The notes: generated from the letters alone by a model not told the origin. 64,000 nt of DNA from an uncultured Candidatus Saccharibacteria bacterium (GCA_964642155.1 CAZXNT010000004.1:2040-66039), one strand, 5' to 3'. Shown: positions 28,424 through 37,822, counted from the first letter of the stretch. A program made the numbers and translations.

Positions 28424-29386
28424 ATGAAAAATTCATTTGAACAACCAACTTTAAAAAATTCAGAAGAACAAGACGTTTGTGAACACGGAAACCCGAAGGG
28501 TTTGTGTGAGGTTTGTGATGAGAAAAATAAAGTAGAAATCAAAAATGAAAAAATAGACTACAGTAATCAACTTCATTTAAAAAAAATATTAGAAAATCCA
28601 CAAGAGCCGATTGATTTTAAAAATTGCGGAGTCCATGAATTTAGAAAAATAATTTTTGGTACAAATTCTCGTTTTAGAGAAAGAGATGGGCGGGCGTTGC
28701 TTAATAGTTTTGGGACCAAAAAAGGGATTACGGAAAACATGATTGCTTTGCTGAATTTTGCCGGAATCGAAAGAGAGTATCTTGATTATAATAATACACT
28801 TCATTTAAAGGAAATATTGGGAAAATCCAAGGAAAATATTAATTTAAATATATGCGGAGTTAAAGAATTTAGAAAAATGGTTTTTGGTACCGGTTCCCGT
28901 TTCAAAGAAATAAATGGATATGTATTGCTTGATAATTTCGGAACCAAAAAACAAGATACGGAAAACATGATTGATTTGCTTAATTTTGCCGGAATAGAAC
29001 ATGAAAATGAAAAAACGGGGGATAAAAAAGAAGAAGTTTTAAAACAATCTCTTGAAAATTTTGTTCAAGAAATATCAAATGCGGAAACTCAAGATAAAAT
29101 GGCAAAAAAAATCCGGGAAATTATGGAACTTCTACCGGAAAATGCCTGTGATATATTGCTTAAATATCATCCGGAATACAAAGGACTTAATATTGGTTAT
29201 GTAAAAAGCGTAATCGCGGATTATTTGGGCGATTTTCTTTTAATCAGGAAACTATGGGAGATTAAGGATGTTGAAATAACAAAAGAACTTTTTTCCGAAG
29301 AACAATTTGCGGAAGCATTATTTTTGAAATTTAAGGATGCTAGCTTCAATTTTTTCCAAAGAGAAAAAAAACTAATCCGGAAATAA
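28424..29386 (+). CDS. Hypothetical protein with two tandem about 95-aa internal repeats; first gene of the SNF2 operon
   Basis: 320 aa; NTLHLKEILG..ICGVKEFRKMVFGTGSRFKE..GYVLLDNFGTKKQDTENMIDLLNFAGIE repeats residues 45-140. Confidence 0.4.
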   Translation: MKNSFEQPTLKNSEEQDVCEHGNPKGLCEVCDEKNKVEIKNEKIDYSNQLHLKKILENPQEPIDFKNCGVHEFRKIIFGTNSRFRERDGRALLNSFGTKKGITENMIALLNFAGIEREYLDYNNTLHLKEILGKSKENINLNICGVKEFRKMVFGTGSRFKEINGYVLLDNFGTKKQDTENMIDLLNFAGIEHENEKTGDKKEEVLKQSLENFVQEISNAETQDKMAKKIREIMELLPENACDILLKYHPEYKGLNIGYVKSVIADYLGDFLLIRKLWEIKDVEITKELFSEEQFAEALFLKFKDASFNFFQREKKLIRK

Positions 29387-29397
29387 AAGAGCATGAT

Positions 29398-30348
29398 TTG
29401 ATAATGAAATATTTTGAGAACGCAGAACTTTTACAAGCGATAATTAAAATTCCCGAACTGCAGAAAACAATAGAAAAACTTAAAGAATATTATGAAGATA
29501 TTTTTAAATGGGCGAATAAGAAACCGGATAATATTGTGGATATTTTAGGAGAAGGGCGAACTTTTCCGGATATTAATCAATTGGTTAATATTAAAGAAAT
29601 TGTTGATAATGGCAAAATGCTTATTGCCGATGAAATGGGATTAGGTAAAAGCGCTTCAGCTATTCTATTTAAAGAATATTTAAAATTAAAGTGCGCTGTT
29701 ATTGTAGTGCCGAGCAATGTTGAAGATGTGTGGAAAAATTATTTGTCGGATAAAATAGGCGACAAAGGGGAACAAAAAGGCTATTTTAAAACAGGTTTAG
29801 CTCCAAAAGTTTTAATAATTGAGAATAAAAAGGATTTAGAAAAATTAAAAACAGAGGTTTTTGATTATATTTTGATTTCTCAGGAAAAAATATCAAGTGA
29901 GCATTATTTAGAAGCGTTGGAAGGCATTGATTTTGACATGTTAATCATAGATGAGGTGCATAAATTGAAAAACATAGAAGAGGGCATCCGTTCAGAAAAT
30001 ACCATAAAATTAGCTAAAAAAATTCAGGGTAAAGATAAATATTTAGCTATGCTTTCTGGCACTCCGATGCCCAATAAGGTAAAGGATTTAGCTATTATTC
30101 TTAAATTGCTTTATCCGGGGAAATATAAAAATATAAACGATAAAGAATTAATTAATCGTATAATTTACGGCGATATGGCTGGTTTGCGGCAGGAACTTTT
30201 TTCACGCATGCAGATGAAGGAAGTTGCTTCCAGTATTGAAATTCCTCCATTTTTACCCGAAGACGTGCGAGTTGAATTATCCAATAAAGAGAAAGAAGTT
30301 TATCAAATTCTTTTAGAAGAAGACGAATTGACTGCTTCGGAAAAATAA
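29398..30348 (+). CDS. SNF2-family helicase, N-terminal ATPase lobe (interrupted by a frameshift at a poly-A tract)
   Basis: 316 aa; motif I LIADEMGLGKSASAIL, motif II LIIDEVHKLKN, motif III LSGTPMPNKVKDL; stop created at the A5 run 30340-30345. Confidence 0.65.
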   Translation: MIMKYFENAELLQAIIKIPELQKTIEKLKEYYEDIFKWANKKPDNIVDILGEGRTFPDINQLVNIKEIVDNGKMLIADEMGLGKSASAILFKEYLKLKCAVIVVPSNVEDVWKNYLSDKIGDKGEQKGYFKTGLAPKVLIIENKKDLEKLKTEVFDYILISQEKISSEHYLEALEGIDFDMLIIDEVHKLKNIEEGIRSENTIKLAKKIQGKDKYLAMLSGTPMPNKVKDLAIILKLLYPGKYKNINDKELINRIIYGDMAGLRQELFSRMQMKEVASSIEIPPFLPEDVRVELSNKEKEVYQILLEEDELTASEK

Positions 30349-30383
30349 TTATTCTTCGACAATTTTTACTTAATCCTCAGCTT

Positions 30384-32120
30384 TTGGGAGTAGAGCCTGG
30401 ATTTGAGGGTTCTAAAGTTAAAAAATTAAGAGAAATTTTAGCTGAAGATTTAAAAATTAAAAATAGAATTATTATTTGGGTGAATAGCTATATCGATGGC
30501 GTAATTCGTCCAGAGATGGAAGAAAGCGGAAAAGTTATAACAGAAGACATTATTAGTAAATTAAAATTGCCCAAAGATATAGTATGGACAATTCACGGCG
30601 AAGACAAAAATAGAAAAAAATATCGTGAAGAATTACAAAAGCGATTTAATAGCGGCGGCGCCGGGAAAATGGTTCTTTTTGTCAGCGGCAATACGGTTGA
30701 TGTCGGCGTGGATTTTTCTGGAGCGGAAGAAATAATTCACTATAATGAACCGTGGAGTAAATATGATAAAAAGCAACAAGATAAGCGCGCTCATAGAGTA
30801 GGATTAAAGAGGCCATTAATTGCGAAAACGCTTATTACTCGCGGAACAATTGAAGAAGGAATTAGAAGATATATTGATGCCAAAGAGAAGGCGATTGAAA
30901 AACTTTTACGTGGCTTGGAAAGGACGGAGGCGGAAAATAAAATGCTCAAAAAAGACGCCAATAGTTGGAAAAAAGATATTGAAGCGGATATAAATCTTGC
31001 GGAAGATTATAATAATGAATCGAAAAAATTAATGCTTCATTTTGGAGCGGGATGGGAAGCGGGTGAAGAATATTTTAAAAATATGCCGGAAGAAGAAAAA
31101 GAAAGTTATGCCAGTTTATATAGAAAAAACAGACGGCTTTCCTATCAAGGGAATAATGCACGTGTCAGTATTTCTTTATTGGAGAAAATGATTGCCGAAC
31201 AAAGAAAAAATAATGTGCGATTAAGAATTTTAGATATTGCTTCTGGTCCGGAGATGTTGAAAAGATGCGCTAGAGAAGATTTGCGCAATCAAATTTATAG
31301 TATGGACATAAATGAAAAGCATTTTGAAGATGTTGTTGATACTAAAAGAATTTTTAGAAAAAGTTATTTAAATTTACCGGTAAGAAGCGGTTCGGCGGAT
31401 TATTATAATATTGGATTTGCCTTTCATCAAACTAAACCGTTTAGGTTTTATAAAAAAAATTATGAAAAACTTCAAGTTTTATCAGAAATGAATCGGGTTT
31501 TGAAAGTTGGCGGTCGAGCGATAATTAGTGAAATTCATAATGTAGAATTTATAAATCTTAAAAAATTTGAAGAATTAATAGTAAGATTGGGCATGAAGGT
31601 AGTTAAAGAATATAGCGGTGAAGTAAATGGGGGCGAAAATTACAGAGCGCATTTTTTAATTTTGGAAAAAGTGAGAGAAATAGAAGAATATGGAAGTGAT
31701 ACATTTAGATTAAGCGATGAAGAAAAGAAAAATAGAATTAAAAAATTGAGCGATAAACTTGGGAAAGAATTGCTCTCGGGTTTGGAAATAGGAAAGCTTC
31801 CTAAGGGAGTAAGCCATCTTAACGATCAACGACGCATGATTAATAATTTTGAATTAAATGGCAAAAATATTCAAGTAGTTTTTATAGAAGAAGACAGGAA
31901 ATTATTTGTAGAAGAAAAGAAATCTATTCAAGACGGCGAAGCGCTTAAGAAAAAATTTGGCGGAAGAATTGATGATATACCATTATTTGAAATACATAAG
32001 ATTGGTTTTAAAAGAAAATTAAAGAATCCTAATTTAATGTATAGAATTATTGAAAATGGCGGAGTAATTGTGATTAGGGGTGATAAGAAAAAAAGGAATT
32101 ATTCTAAAAGAAATGAATGA
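30384..32120 (+). CDS. SNF2-family helicase C-terminal lobe fused to a class I SAM-dependent methyltransferase-like domain (frame -1 continuation of 29398..30348)
   Basis: Open frame continues upstream to 30339 (..KIIILRQFLLNPQLL..); helicase-C motif VI KRAHRVGLKRP; MTase motif I ILDIASGPEMLKR and post-I VLKVGGRAIISE. Confidence 0.6.
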   Translation: MGVEPGFEGSKVKKLREILAEDLKIKNRIIIWVNSYIDGVIRPEMEESGKVITEDIISKLKLPKDIVWTIHGEDKNRKKYREELQKRFNSGGAGKMVLFVSGNTVDVGVDFSGAEEIIHYNEPWSKYDKKQQDKRAHRVGLKRPLIAKTLITRGTIEEGIRRYIDAKEKAIEKLLRGLERTEAENKMLKKDANSWKKDIEADINLAEDYNNESKKLMLHFGAGWEAGEEYFKNMPEEEKESYASLYRKNRRLSYQGNNARVSISLLEKMIAEQRKNNVRLRILDIASGPEMLKRCAREDLRNQIYSMDINEKHFEDVVDTKRIFRKSYLNLPVRSGSADYYNIGFAFHQTKPFRFYKKNYEKLQVLSEMNRVLKVGGRAIISEIHNVEFINLKKFEELIVRLGMKVVKEYSGEVNGGENYRAHFLILEKVREIEEYGSDTFRLSDEEKKNRIKKLSDKLGKELLSGLEIGKLPKGVSHLNDQRRMINNFELNGKNIQVVFIEEDRKLFVEEKKSIQDGEALKKKFGGRIDDIPLFEIHKIGFKRKLKNPNLMYRIIENGGVIVIRGDKKKRNYSKRNE

Positions 32121-32833
32121 AATCAAGCGATGTTAAAAAAGCTTTACGAAAAGTGGCGGATAAAAAGAAAGCGATAATTCTCGCGAGGTTTTTTAAAACC
32201 GGAAAAGACGATTACGGCGAGGGCGATGTTTTTATCGGCGTTGTTGTTCCGCGACAAAGGAAAATCGCCGCAAAATTCGCCGAGCTTCCGCTTAAAGAAA
32301 TTAAAAAACTTTTAAAAAGCAAAATTCACGAGGAGCGTCTCACGGGATTGATTATTCTGGTTAACCAATACAAAGCAAGCTTAAAAGCTGACAAGCTGAA
32401 AAGTTTACAAGACGAAATTTTCCGTTTTTATGTAAAAAATATTTCTAGCGTCAATAATTGGGATTTGGTTGATTTATCCTGCCGCGATATTATCGGCGAA
32501 CATTTAATTTTATGGTCGCGAAAAATTCTTTATCAATTCGCAAAATCGCGGAATATGTGGAAACGCAGAATCGCGATTGTTTCCACTTGGGCGTTTATTC
32601 GTAGAAATGATTTTAAAGATACTTTGTGGCTTGCAGAAATTTTTTTTAATGATAAGCACGATTTAATCCATAAAGCGGCTGGTTGGATGCTTCGCGAGGT
32701 TGGCAAAAAAAATGAATGCATTTTACGGCAGTTTCTTGATAAAAACGCCTCAAAAATGCCGCGCGTGATGTTGCGTTACAGTATTGAACGCTTGCCGGAA
32801 GATATTCGGGGAAAATACTTGCGTATGATATAA
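32117..32833 (+). CDS. DNA alkylation repair enzyme family (AlkD/AlkC-like HEAT-repeat glycosylase)
   Basis: 238 aa; FFKTGKDDYGEGDVFIGVVVPRQRKIA and WDLVD motifs of the DNA_alkylation family; 4-nt overlap with upstream SNF2-MTase ORF. Confidence 0.7.
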   Translation: MKSSDVKKALRKVADKKKAIILARFFKTGKDDYGEGDVFIGVVVPRQRKIAAKFAELPLKEIKKLLKSKIHEERLTGLIILVNQYKASLKADKLKSLQDEIFRFYVKNISSVNNWDLVDLSCRDIIGEHLILWSRKILYQFAKSRNMWKRRIAIVSTWAFIRRNDFKDTLWLAEIFFNDKHDLIHKAAGWMLREVGKKNECILRQFLDKNASKMPRVMLRYSIERLPEDIRGKYLRMI

Positions 32834-32840
32834 TATCCAG

Positions 32841-33137
32841 ATGGTTAAAAACATAAGCGCGGAAGAATTGTGCGAATCTATTAAAACTAAAAAAGACGGT
32901 ATTGAGATGATAGATGTTCGTCAGCCGGAAGAATACGCGGAATCGCATATTGAAAGAGCAAAATTGATTCCCTTGGGCGAATTATCGGAACGAATAAATG
33001 AAATAAATTGGAATAGGGAAGTTGTTTTTATGTGCCGAAGCGGAGTCAGAAGCGCTATGGCAGCCAATATCGCGGCCTCATTGGGCAAAGATGTTAGTAA
33101 TCTTGAAGGCGGAATTTTAGCTTGGCAAAAATTATGA
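32841..33137 (+). CDS. Rhodanese-like single-domain sulfurtransferase
   Basis: 98 aa; active-site loop CRSGVRS. Confidence 0.75.
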   Translation: MVKNISAEELCESIKTKKDGIEMIDVRQPEEYAESHIERAKLIPLGELSERINEINWNREVVFMCRSGVRSAMAANIAASLGKDVSNLEGGILAWQKL

Positions 33138-33155
33138 TAATATAGTATAATTATT

Positions 33156-33752
33156 ATGAATATGTTTGGAATCCAATTTAATCTTAAAAAATTCGGTATC
33201 GGACTGGCGATTATTATTGTCTTTAATTTATTTGTTAATTACGGCATTAATACTTTTTATAAATTGCCGAAGTACGAGGATTTTTGTAATCCTGAAAGGT
33301 TAAAGCAATCTTTAAACACAAGAGAAAGCTGTGAAGTTGTCGGCGGATTATGGACGGAGAACGTCGGTTATGAAACAAAGCGCCTTTACGCGCCGGCTTC
33401 TGAATTAACGCCTGCGGAAAAACCGATTCCAGTGGTGGAAATTCAAAATCAACAGCTGTCCGGCTGGTGCGACCAAGATTTCTCTTGTAGAAAAGATTTT
33501 GAGAAAATTGATAATATTTATCGGAGGAATGTTTTTGTGGTGTGGGTTGTTGTCGGCATAGCGGCAATTGTCGCGAGTTTCTTCATAGGCGCCGTTCAAA
33601 TGCTTTCCACGAGTTTTATGTTTTCCGGACTTTTGGCTTTAATTATTGGCACGATTCAATATTGGTCCGCAATGCAGGATTATCTAAGATTTATAATTTT
33701 GGGCATTGCGCTTGGTATTTTGATTTATTTGGCGTATAAAAAGTTAAAGTAA
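33156..33752 (+). CDS. Hypothetical membrane protein
   Basis: 198 aa; N- and C-terminal TM helices. Confidence 0.35.
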   Translation: MNMFGIQFNLKKFGIGLAIIIVFNLFVNYGINTFYKLPKYEDFCNPERLKQSLNTRESCEVVGGLWTENVGYETKRLYAPASELTPAEKPIPVVEIQNQQLSGWCDQDFSCRKDFEKIDNIYRRNVFVVWVVVGIAAIVASFFIGAVQMLSTSFMFSGLLALIIGTIQYWSAMQDYLRFIILGIALGILIYLAYKKLK

Positions 33753-33769
33753 AGGTCGGTGAAGTAATC

Positions 33770-33853
33770 GCTAATAATGCGAATCAATTTTAAATAATGC
33801 TAATAAACTATTCGCATTATTTGCTAAAAATTAGCATTATTCGCGAACACTAT
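33770..33853. promoter_or_regulatory. Cluster of AATAATGCGAAT / ATTCGCATTATT inverted motifs upstream of gene 33855
   Basis: taatcgctaataatgcgaat ... attcgcattatt ... attagcattattcgcgaa; near-identical 19-mer taatcgcgaataatgcgaat upstream of rplU at 46121. Confidence 0.4.
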
Positions 33854-33854
33854 T

Positions 33855-34106
33855 ATGAAGGAAGAAAAACCAATCGGCAAAATCACTCATTATTATGACC
33901 ATATCGGCGTGGCGATTATCAAATTCAATAAAGCGGTTAAAAAAGGGGAAATGATTACTATTAGGGGCGCTCACACGGATTTTACCCAAAAGATTGATTC
34001 AATACAGTATGACCATAAAGATATAAATGAAGCGAAAAAGGGGCAGGAAGTAGGAATCAAGGTGAAAGAAAAAGTTCATGATACTGATAAAATTTACGCC
34101 GCTTAA
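33855..34106 (+). CDS. Hypothetical small beta-barrel protein
   Basis: 83 aa ORF; no confident family. Confidence 0.3.
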   Translation: MKEEKPIGKITHYYDHIGVAIIKFNKAVKKGEMITIRGAHTDFTQKIDSIQYDHKDINEAKKGQEVGIKVKEKVHDTDKIYAA

Positions 34107-34119
34107 TATAATTTAAAAT

Positions 34120-34917
34120 ATGGAAAAAATTAAAAATTATTTAAATATCGCGATTATTATCGTTTTGTTTATTTTTGCTTTCTCGGCGATGTCGTATGTG
34201 GGCAGTTATTCAAAATCAATTCAACCGTCGTCTTTCAGAAGTTTTTCAGCCAACGGCGAGGGAAAAATTACGGCGATTCCGGATATTGCCCAGTTTACTT
34301 TTAGCGTGATAACGGAGGGTGACAAGGGTATTGCCGGATTGCAAAAAGAAAATATCAATAAGATAAATAAGATAATCAGTTTTATAAAATCAAATGGGGT
34401 TGAAGATAAAGATATTAAAACTCTAAATTACAATTTAGAGCCGCGATATCAACGATATGGTTGTGGTCTTTATGAACAATACCAAGCGGAAAAAAGTGGA
34501 GAACTAAATCCGTGTCCGCCGGCCGAAATTGTCGGCTATACGATTACTCAAACGGTTTCCGTAAAAATAAGGAATTTTGAAAAGATAGGGGATATTATGG
34601 CGGGAGTCGTTCAAAATGGCGCCAATTCTGTTTCGCAATTGTCTTTTGCGATAGACGACCCGTCTTCCATTCAAGATAAAGCGCGGGAGGAAGCGATTGG
34701 AAAAGCCAAGGCGCGGGCGAAATTGATTGCCAAAGCGGGCGGATTTGATGTCGGGAAATTGCTTTCAATTGATGAAAATAATTATCCTGTTCCGGTTTAT
34801 GGATATGGTATTGGCGGCGGAATGGAAAAATCAGTGGCATTGTCGGCATCGCCGCAAATAGAACCCGGTTCTCAAGAAATCACGGTAAATGTGATTTTGC
34901 GGTATGAGATAGAATAA
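34120..34917 (+). CDS. SIMPL-domain (DUF541) secreted/periplasmic protein
   Basis: 265 aa; signal/anchor then SANGEGKITAIPDIAQFTFSV SIMPL pattern. Confidence 0.5.
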   Translation: MEKIKNYLNIAIIIVLFIFAFSAMSYVGSYSKSIQPSSFRSFSANGEGKITAIPDIAQFTFSVITEGDKGIAGLQKENINKINKIISFIKSNGVEDKDIKTLNYNLEPRYQRYGCGLYEQYQAEKSGELNPCPPAEIVGYTITQTVSVKIRNFEKIGDIMAGVVQNGANSVSQLSFAIDDPSSIQDKAREEAIGKAKARAKLIAKAGGFDVGKLLSIDENNYPVPVYGYGIGGGMEKSVALSASPQIEPGSQEITVNVILRYEIE

Positions 34918-35066
34918 CGCCATCAGCAAGAAAGAAATATTTTCTTCAACCCGCTCACACCCCGCTAAGCGGGGCTGCGCTTCCGTTTAGGTTTCAGAAA
35001 AATATTTTTTCTTGCTTTTTAATATGAGGTTAGTGGCGAGAAAAGATTTTTTTTGATATAATATTA

Positions 35067-35759
35067 TTGTTTATGCAAATACTTTCAGTTAAAAATCTTA
35101 GTATTGAAATTAACAGAATTAAAATTCTTGAAGATATTAATTTTGAAATCAATAAGGGAGACGTGCTGGCGATTATCGGACCGAATGGAGCCGGTAAAAC
35201 AATACTTTTAAGAGCATTGCTTGATTTGGGGGATTATAGCGGTGAAATTAAGTGGGTTCCGGAAATTAAAGTCGGTTATGTTCCGCAAAGAATGGATATT
35301 GAAACCGATATTCCGCTTACGGTAAGGGAATTTTTTTATTTGCGCGATGCGGAAATAAACGAAGTAAAAATCAAAGAAGCGCTTGCTTTTGTCCATCTTG
35401 ACGAAAAAATTTTAAATTCCGGATTTGGCGAAATTTCCGTTGGTCAAAGACAGCGCGTTTTGGTTGCTTGGGCGGTTGTTGCTAAACCCGATGTTTTGCT
35501 TTTTGACGAACCAACAGCGGATGTGGATATCGTCGGCCAGAAATCAATTTACGAGATGCTTCATAAATTGCAACACGATTTGAATCTCACCGTAATTTTA
35601 GTTTCGCACGACCTTAATATTGTTTATAAATACGCCGATAAAGTCATCTGTCTTAATAAGAAAAAAATTTGCGAAGGCACGCCGAATGAAATATTAAATA
35701 CCGAAAGACTGCTTGAAATTTACGGAGGGGAAAAAGCCTTTTATCATCATCAGCACTAA
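35067..35759 (+). CDS. znuC: Metal (Zn/Mn) ABC transporter ATP-binding protein
   Basis: 230 aa; GPNGAGKT Walker A, LLFDEPT Walker B, ZnuC-like length. Confidence 0.7.
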   Translation: MFMQILSVKNLSIEINRIKILEDINFEINKGDVLAIIGPNGAGKTILLRALLDLGDYSGEIKWVPEIKVGYVPQRMDIETDIPLTVREFFYLRDAEINEVKIKEALAFVHLDEKILNSGFGEISVGQRQRVLVAWAVVAKPDVLLFDEPTADVDIVGQKSIYEMLHKLQHDLNLTVILVSHDLNIVYKYADKVICLNKKKICEGTPNEILNTERLLEIYGGEKAFYHHQH

Positions 35760-35762
35760 ATC

Positions 35763-35908
35763 CCTCACCCTTTAAAGATTTAAAATAATAAAATTTGAAG
35801 AGCGAGAGATTTATGTAAAAAATAAAATCTATAAAATAACATAATAACTTTAATAAATTATTTGTAAATTTCTTATGAAATTTACAAATAGATCTTTAAA
35901 GGGTGAGG
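35763..35908. repeat. Intergenic element bounded by perfect 18-bp inverted repeats (ccctcaccctttaaagat / atctttaaagggtgaggg) with internal 11-bp palindrome
   Basis: Lies between znuC stop and znuB start; inner ttgtaaatttc-ttatg-aaatttacaa palindrome; AT-rich core. Confidence 0.5.
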
Positions 35909-35909
35909 G

Positions 35910-36683
35910 ATGGATATAAATTTATTACAACCTATTTTAACAGCCGCTTTTGTCGCCGCCGCCGCGAGTTTAGTCGGTTCTTTCGCGATTTTAAAAAGAA
36001 TGGCTTTAGTCGGCGACGCTATGAGTCATGTCGCTTTGCCGGGGATAGCCATTGCCTTGCTTCTTAATCTTAATCCGTTTTTAGGAGCTATTGTTTTTTT
36101 AGCCGTGGCGATTGTCGGAATTTGGTTTATTCAATATCGCAGTAATTTGTCAATTGAGACGACTGTGGGCGTGTTTTTTACCGCTAGTTTGGCATTGGGA
36201 GCGTTAATCGCGCCGGAACACGAGCTTTTAGAGGCCTTATTGGGCAATATCACTGATTTAAGCTGGCAGGAATCTTTAGTCTCAATTATTTTATCCATTG
36301 TTTTAATTGCCGTTATTTTACGGTTAAGAAAAAAATTAGCGCTTAGCATGGTTTCATCGGAAATGGCTCATTCTATCGGCATAAAAAATAAGAGACTGGA
36401 ATTTATTTATTTGATGATTTTTGCCTTGGTGGTTTCTTTGGGCATACGTTTTGTCGGCGCTCTTTTAATGGGTTCGCTGGTTATTATCCCGGCTGCTTCG
36501 GCGAAAAATATCGCTAAGAGTTTAAATTATTTTATGGGATTAAGCGTGATTTTCGGAGTTTTGGCGGCTGCGGCGGGAATTTATTTTTCATCAATCTATA
36601 ATCTTACACCCGGTCCCATTTTTATAATTATCAGCGTCGCTATTTTTATTGTTTCTTTGGTAATAAGAGGCAGTCGTAGATAA
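35910..36683 (+). CDS. znuB: Metal ABC transporter permease (ABC-3 family)
   Basis: 257 aa; 8 TM helices; ABC-3 permease pattern. Confidence 0.7.
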   Translation: MDINLLQPILTAAFVAAAASLVGSFAILKRMALVGDAMSHVALPGIAIALLLNLNPFLGAIVFLAVAIVGIWFIQYRSNLSIETTVGVFFTASLALGALIAPEHELLEALLGNITDLSWQESLVSIILSIVLIAVILRLRKKLALSMVSSEMAHSIGIKNKRLEFIYLMIFALVVSLGIRFVGALLMGSLVIIPAASAKNIAKSLNYFMGLSVIFGVLAAAAGIYFSSIYNLTPGPIFIIISVAIFIVSLVIRGSRR

Positions 36684-36839
36684 ATCCAATATAAAACCAC
36701 TCTTTAAAGATGGGTTTTGCGCCATTATTAAAATACATCCCAGTAAATTTTTCAATGAAAAATGATTGAAAAATTTACTGCTTTAGCGATAAATTCTTTT
36801 ATTAAAATTTAAGAAAAAAGAAAGACGCCGTACCCGAAG

Positions 36840-37130
36840 GTCGTGCGCCTGATGACTAGAGAGAAGAGAAAGAAACATGTTAGATTGGCTCGAAGACATA
36901 GGTCGGTGCTCGCTGACTGAAGCAACAGCCTCCAGTCATTGAGTCTTTGAAGAGCATACGCCACCTCTCTTTGCTCGGGTCGCTGTGTCGAATCAACGCG
37001 AACTCGGTTGTCTCTCCGGGATAGAGCTTGAGACTTTCGATCTCAATCTCCTGTGTAGGCTGATGCCCGCCAGTCCCGACGCGACAAACGATGGCTTCGT
37101 CGATCACTTCTCCATTTTCGAGGATTTTAA
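36840..37130. other. GC-anomalous (about 50% GC) about 290-bp segment with no convincing gene (foreign fragment or structured RNA)
   Basis: Sharp compositional shift versus about 33% GC flanks; only short overlapping ORFs (36880..37107 -, 36985..37368 +). Confidence 0.3.
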
Positions 37131-37133
37131 CTT

Positions 37134-37499
37134 TTATTCCTTTACCGAAACCATTATCACGGAAATAAGAGGTTTATCTAATTGCCACCAAACTACAATC
37201 GCAGATAAAGCGGCGATCAAAATAGCAGTGTCGCTTTTTGTTATATTTTTTGTTCCATACTTTAGTGAGAATAAAAAGACGGCAATAACAAAAAGTGTTC
37301 CAACTGTTAAATTAAGCGCACCCCAACCACCGCCACCATACCAAATCCCCAAAACCGCAGTTCCTTGAGTGATTGCCCATATTAGCCAAGTATAGGCGTG
37401 CGGTTTGGTTTTTAATAAAAAAGTATCTCTCAAATACGGAAAGAAGGCGGCAACTCCGATAATCGTGGCAATTATGGTAAGAATTATTTTTGTATCCAT
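37134..37499 (-). CDS. Hypothetical 4-TM membrane protein
   Basis: 121 aa, hydrophobic with GGGGWG motif. Confidence 0.35.
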   Translation of the reverse strand: MDTKIILTIIATIIGVAAFFPYLRDTFLLKTKPHAYTWLIWAITQGTAVLGIWYGGGGWGALNLTVGTLFVIAVFLFSLKYGTKNITKSDTAILIAALSAIVVWWQLDKPLISVIMVSVKE

Positions 37500-37501
37500 A
37501 A

Positions 37502-37822
37502 TTAATTTTCTATTGGATAAATATCAAAAGCAACTTCCTCGTATGGATGGATTGCTTTTACTTTTTCAATAACGTTTTTCAAAATTTCTCGTGGCACAAT
37601 TACTTCAATTCTTTCTTCTTCGACAGCTTCGTGTTTTCCGGATTCACCAATAGTGGGGTTTGTTTTTTCATTTCCACGAAAACGGCCAGTGCCGCGAGAA
37701 GAAAAAGAGCAAAAGTCATAGTTTCCAATTTTGCCAGCTCCGACTTCGCCAAGAGCTTGACGCACCGCGTCAGCGTGAAAAATCGGGACAAAGATAACAA
37801 TTTTTACATTTTTAGTTTCCAT
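37502..37822 (-). CDS. NIF3/YqfO C-terminal-like (CutA/PII-like fold) small protein
   Basis: 106 aa; GAGKIGNYDFCSFSSRGTGRFRG...AIHPYEEVAFDIYPI resembles the C-terminal domain of NIF3-family proteins. Confidence 0.4.
   Translation of the reverse strand: METKNVKIVIFVPIFHADAVRQALGEVGAGKIGNYDFCSFSSRGTGRFRGNEKTNPTIGESGKHEAVEEERIEVIVPREILKNVIEKVKAIHPYEEVAFDIYPIEN

Noticed and set aside
30339-30348. Programmed -1 ribosomal frameshift in the SNF2 gene
   Set aside because: The slip site is only A5 (no canonical X-XXY-YYZ heptamer) and no downstream pseudoknot is evident. A 1-nt homopolymer indel (error, decay or phase variation) is more parsimonious.
36840-37130. tmRNA or RNase P RNA in the GC-rich 290-bp segment
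   Set aside because: Neither strand has a tRNA-like 3' end (GGTTCGAATCC...CCACCA), a tmRNA 5' GGGG acceptor or the RNase P GGAAAGUCCGG box. The minus strand only has a partial gattcgac match.
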